The translations under genes and the position numbers were made by a program. Below the pieces are notes generated by a model. The model was not told the origin of the DNA, ran no database searches, and saw only the letters and a list, made by a program, of their open reading frames with translations. From Chiloscyllium plagiosum (taxonomy: Eukaryota): 51,982 nucleotides of DNA. Position 1 is the first letter of the stretch. The number at the start of each line of letters is the position of its first letter. Location: positions 71,846,433-71,898,414 of the forward strand of contig NC_057718.1 in NCBI RefSeq assembly GCF_004010195.1. The letters run 5' to 3'. This document shows, piece after piece, positions 47,730 to 51,982 of the stretch.

Positions 47730-48005
47730 TCTGCGGGTTAAGGCCTATCCCTACCTCAATATGACTATTGAGGCCTGCAGTAAGACCATGGCTAGTGTGG
47801 TTAGTCCGCTGGCCATTGTCGCTGCAGCCGGAATGTACGGGAAGGCCGTATTTTTCCTGAAGACCGAGCAGGCAGTGCACCTAACCGTGCAGAAAGGGCT
47901 CACTGTGGGTGGGACTTTCCTCCCCGTCGACGTACTGGAGGTCACAGCCCAGAGAGTTGTGATTTCCAACATCCCGCCCTTCATTACCAATGAGCTCCTT
48001 CGAGT
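47730..48005 (+). pseudogene. Tx1 ORF1 N-terminal remnant
   Basis: ACSKTMASVVSPLAIVAAAGMYGKAVFFLKTE...GLTVGGTFLPV...RVVISNIPPFITNELL. Confidence 0.88.
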
Positions 48006-48079
48006 TTATCCTCCCTTATCCTCCCAGTAAATATATATAGTTTTAACTATATTGGTAGTGGTTGCACAATACTGCTGAC

Positions 48080-49195
48080 ATGAAGACTACTATAGCCAGC
48101 CTCAACATGAATGGCAGCAGGGAGTCGCAGCGCAAATTCCAGACCTTCTTGGTCCTTCAGGACAAGAAGTATGCAGTGTGCTTCCTGTAAGAAACCCACA
48201 CCATCCCGGGAGACAAAGCCATCTTGCTCCTGGAGTGGCAAGGATCTCACCTGCAGATCTGGCAGGCTGGCCATCTGTTGGTCCCACATTTTCAGCCAGA
48301 GATCTTGGGGGTCTGGGAGCCTGCGCCAGGCCGTTTGCTTCACCTGACGGTTCGGCTGGGGGGGTGGGGGGGGGGGCGCGGTGGGGCAGTGCTTCAATTT
48401 GTGAACGTCTCCGCTCCCATAATCAGGCCGAGGCAAAACCACGTCTTTGGAAAAGTGTCTGTTCATCTCGCCTCATTTGACGAAGGCCAGTGCGTTGCCC
48501 TCGGGGGAGATTTTAATTGCATCCTCGAGGACAGGGTCCACAGCAGGGCCCGGTCTGGTTTGGCATCAGGGAGGAGGTTGGGGGATTTGGTCAAGTCCTT
48601 TGACTTGGTGGACAGCTGGCGGAATCTCCATCCTGACTCCATCACATTCACCTTCGTGAGGCCTGGTGTCAGACCCTCCAGAATTGACCGCCTGTAACAT
48701 TTTGAGAGCCTATGCCATGTTCTTTCCAGCAGCCTCCATGCAGCAGGTGCTGTGCAAGGACCATCAGCTGGTGTGGGCAGAAGTCTTTCCGTTCAGCGCC
48801 CAAATCTGGTCTGCATACTGGCACTTTAACAACCTGCTTCTGGAAGACGAGCAGTTCTGGGACTCGTTTCGTCGGTTCTGGGCCGGCTGGAGGAATAAGT
48901 GGGGAAGCTTCCCGTCCCTGAGGCTATGGTGTGACTTGGATAAGGCTCGCATCCTCATTTTCTAACAGGAGTTCGCGAGGGGACCAACGAAGAGGTGGAA
49001 ATCAAGGATTGAGGAGTTGGAGAGGGAAGTGTTTGATCTGGAGTCACGTCTCGGTCAGCCCAATCTGGACCTGGTCCGCCGGGGGTGGGGGGGGGGTGGT
49101 TACGAAGCAAAGAAGGCTACGCTCTGGGACCTGCAGCTCGTCGGGTTCTTAAGTGAGGTCGCGGATCCAGCTCCTCCAGGATCTGGACCGTGGCA
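48080..49195 (+). pseudogene. Tx1 ORF2 APE endonuclease remnant
   Basis: MKTTIASLNMNG, CFL*ETH, LGGDFNC, LVDSWRNLHP, SRIDRL, DHQLV, YWHFNNLLLED. Confidence 0.92.
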
Positions 49196-49530
49196 ATCAA
49201 AGGACCTGTTGCTCAGGTCTTTCCTTGGGTTAGTGAATTATTACAGTAAATTCATACATAACCTGGCCTCCATCTTGGCACCCCTACATTGACAAAGGGT
49301 AAGCCTTGGAAATGCTCACATAGCCAAGAAGTAGCCTTCAGGGAAGTAAAAAAGCAGATTTTGTTATATAAGGTGTTGACCCACTACAATCCAAAGTGAA
49401 AGGTAGTGGAGACATGCAAAGCCTCCTCATATAGTATTGCAGTGGTGTTGGCTCACCAGTGGGCCAATGGAGAGGAACAACCAATAGTATATGCTTCCCG
49501 GACTTTCGCTGGTCCCAAACGTAAAATATG
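49196..49530 (+). pseudogene. Gypsy pol fragment (RT connection / RNase H)
   Basis: LRSFLGLVNYYSKFIHNLASILAPLH; CKASSYSIAVVLAH...EQPIVYASRT. Confidence 0.9.
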
Positions 49531-49645
49531 TGCTGAAAATGTGTTGCTGGAAAAGCACAGCAGGTCAGGCAGCGTTCAAGGAGCAGGAGAATCGACATTT
49601 CGGGCATAAGCCCTTCTTCCTGAAGAAGGGCTCATGCCCGAAACT
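49531..49645. mobile_element. Penelope tail with a palindromic hammerhead-core junction
   Basis: tttcgggcataagcccttcttc / gaagaagggctcatgcccgaaa inverted repeat at 49598-49643. Confidence 0.85.
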
Positions 49646-49649
49646 GAAC

Positions 49650-50290
49650 TTCCTTCATCCACACACTTGATCATATTTTCAAAGACGACTAACAAATTTG
49701 TTAGGCATAATCTCCCTCTGACAAAACCATGCTGACTATTCCTAATTAACCCATGCCTTTCCAAGTGGGTATCAATTGCCTCCTCCAGAGAGGCATTAAA
49801 AATTTCTGTCAGTGCCCCTGCAATCTTCTATCTTGCTTCCCACAGCAACCTGGGATGCAATTCATCCAGGCTAGGGGATCTCTCTGTTTTCAAGCCTAAC
49901 AGAGTTCCTCAAACTGCAACATTTCTTGTGTCAAACTGTGCAGGTTTCTCATAGTTCCTTTGCCTGAATTGCAAACCTGTGTTCTCCTTTTCCAAAGTGA
50001 AGACTGAAAAGAAGTATTCAGTTAATACCCTCCAATATCCTGTAGGTTCACACAAAAGTTGGCCCATTGGGCCCTGTTCTTTCCCTGGTTAATCTCTTCC
50101 CTTTAGGTTACCTCCTGCACTTCCTGAGTTTCTGTAGGACTGCTGCTGAATTGTTGCCTTTGGACTTGCTAAAACTCCTTCCCTTCTTCCTTATCCAATC
50201 ATGAATTATCCAAGACAGCCAGAGTTCTCTAAGCCACATAGGACCTATACTCTTCCCAGCTCCTCTTTGAATTCTCCCCCACTGCACCAC
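49650..50290 (-). mobile_element. Decayed CR1 ORF2 fragment
   Basis: HGLIRNSQHGFVRGRLCLTNLL; EYFFSVFT. Confidence 0.85.
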
Positions 50291-50299
50291 TGTAGACTT

Positions 50300-50637
50300 A
50301 CCCACGTGAAGCTGTTCCTATTCAACTCGTCCATCCACTCATAGAGATAGAGTTCGTCTGTAAAGGTGCAGCAACTCGCACACACCAAAAAGTAAAACGT
50401 GCAAAATAAAAGTGCAGGCACTAGAAACCACAGTGCAAGGGTAAAGCCCTGCCACAAAATCAGCATAATTCTTTGTGAAAAGTAAACAAAAAGAAGAGTA
50501 ACACAGAGACTGCAACCAGCCAGTGAAACAACAGTTCCCGAGTGAGAACTGAAATACAACGGAAACACACTGACTGTGTGGTCAGCCAGCTTGGAATCAG
50601 TCACCTGAACTGAGAAGTTCTAAATCTCGTGCTTATA
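50300..50637 (-). mobile_element. 5' UTR fragment of a Tx1-like element beginning at the target motif
   Basis: Minus-strand tataagcacgagatttagaacttctcagttcagg...agctggctgaccac, similar to 46725-46795 and colinear with 51400-51660. Confidence 0.65.
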
Positions 50638-50644
50638 TTTATTT

Positions 50645-51785
50645 CTTTTTTTTTGAGGAACTGTAATCTCCTGGCTATTTTTCTTCTCAAACTATACAAA
50701 ATACAAGCAAACAATTAACAATGACAATAAATAGCAGTTTACGAGAAGGAAACCTGCCTCTTCGCCCCTTCATGCTCTCCGTCTGCACCATGCCCCTCCA
50801 GGCTCTCTGTCTGCCCTGACATACCTCCCAGCACCTCAAGGATAGCCCGTTCCATACCTCCCTCCCCCGGGACGACAGCGATCAGGATGGCTGACCCACC
50901 CACCAACCTCCCAGACCGCCCCTTTGCACCTTCTCGCCACCTCTCGGACAGCCTGTCCTGGTACCTTTCCGGGACAACAGTGCTGAGGACGGCCTACCCG
51001 CCTTCTGGCTTTCAGACCACCTCTACGCACCATCTTCTCTTGCCTATCTCAGCACACTGTGTGGCTCTTGGTCTGCCCTGACAGCTCTAGGACAGCTTTT
51101 CCTTCCTTCCTCGGGATGATGGCACTCAGGACAACCTACCCATCTTCTGGCTGTCAGGGCGACAAGCATTGGGATGGTCTATGAACCTTCTGGCTTATAG
51201 TAAGGCCTGTCAGACATATGGACACACAAGTGCAGGTGATCAGACTAATCATCAAAAAAAAACAGAGTCCACTCCCTAAGGGAGAATCCACACCCCAAGG
51301 CAGCAAATGCTCATCTCAGCACACACATAGATTTCCAATCTCTATGGAAGCCTGCTACATCCACAGGGGCTGAGGCTCACTCTTAGAAGAACAGTTCATT
51401 TGTAAAGATGCAATTGACTCTCAGGGGCTCAGTCCAAATACCAAAAAGTGAAACCATTTGCAAAAAAGAAAGTGCAGACACTAAAGACCACATTTCAAGG
51501 GCTAAGCACTGCCACAAAATCAGCGTAGTCCTTTCTCAAAAGAAAACAAAAAGAGTAAAATACAGGCTGTAACCAGCTGATGAAACAACAGTTCCCTGGT
51601 GAGAACTGTACCAACTGTAATATGCTGACTGTGTGGTCAGCTAGCTCAGAAATTAGTCCTCAAAAAGGAATGATAGGAACAAACTGGATGTGTAGATCAG
51701 CTAGTTCAGAAATCAGGTCCCAAAAATAACCCACAGTAATTCACTGGAGGTGGCCAGCTAGCTCGGAGTTAGTCGCCTGAACTAG
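50645..51785 (-). mobile_element. ~1.1-kb non-coding element (5' monomer repeats, GC-rich repeats, A tail), same family as 45266-46055
   Basis: gccagaaggcgggtag(g)cc(a/g)tcctcagcactgt shared with 45513-45545; 5' part colinear with 50380-50620. Confidence 0.65.
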
Positions 51786-51982
51786 AGTCATAGAGATGTA
51801 CAGCATGGAAACAAACCCGTCCATGCCGACCAGATATCCTAACCCAATCTAGTCCCACCTGCCAGCAACCGGCCCATATCCCTCCAAAGCCTTCCTATTC
51901 ATATACCCATCCAAATGCCTCTTAAATGTTGTAATTGTACCAGCCTCCACCACATCCTCTGGCAGCTCATTCCATACACATA
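51785..51982 (-). mobile_element. CR1 3' end, cut by the window edge
   Basis: Minus-strand gtatggaatgagctgccagagg...tgtttccatgctgtacatctctatgactct. Confidence 0.9.

Larger units (their letters stand above)
46725..49195 (+). mobile_element. 5' half of a Tx1-clade element (5' UTR, ORF1 remnant, APE endonuclease)
   Basis: Starts tataaccaggagatg; ORF1 and ORF2 motifs are given in the next two entries. Confidence 0.85.

Noticed and set aside
46696..47880. Long overlapping ORFs of 138-205 aa as host genes
   Set aside because: Low-complexity GC-rich repeat inside a Tx1 element, open in several frames on both strands.

Overview
Eukaryotic, repeat-saturated DNA, almost certainly from a cartilaginous fish (shark); this is inferred from HE1-type tRNA-SINEs, HER1/CR1 LINEs and Penelope tails. 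The only host coding sequence found is one 145-nt minus-strand exon (30172-30316) recognisable as TULP4, so the rest of the window is probably TULP4 intron. That intron is filled with nested, decayed transposons: many CR1 LINEs and SINEs, a near-complete Gmr1-type Gypsy element (PR-INT-RT-RH order, SCAN-like gag, tRNA-Pro PBS, ACAA TSD), Penelope pieces with minimal hammerhead-ribozyme cores, a pogo/Tigger-type MITE and a probable endogenous-retrovirus pol relic. The most striking structure is at 40820-46129, where a small LTR is split at its TATA-like site by a ~5 kb head-to-tail pile of Tx1-clade non-LTR elements. Each unit is preceded by the regenerated target AAGTATCCAGGAGA(T), and the tails carry variant copies of the target that look transduced from other loci. 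The same junction recurs independently at ~680, 46725 and ~50630, suggesting Tx1 families that specifically target LTR promoters. All calls were made by eye and boundaries of old repeats are approximate.
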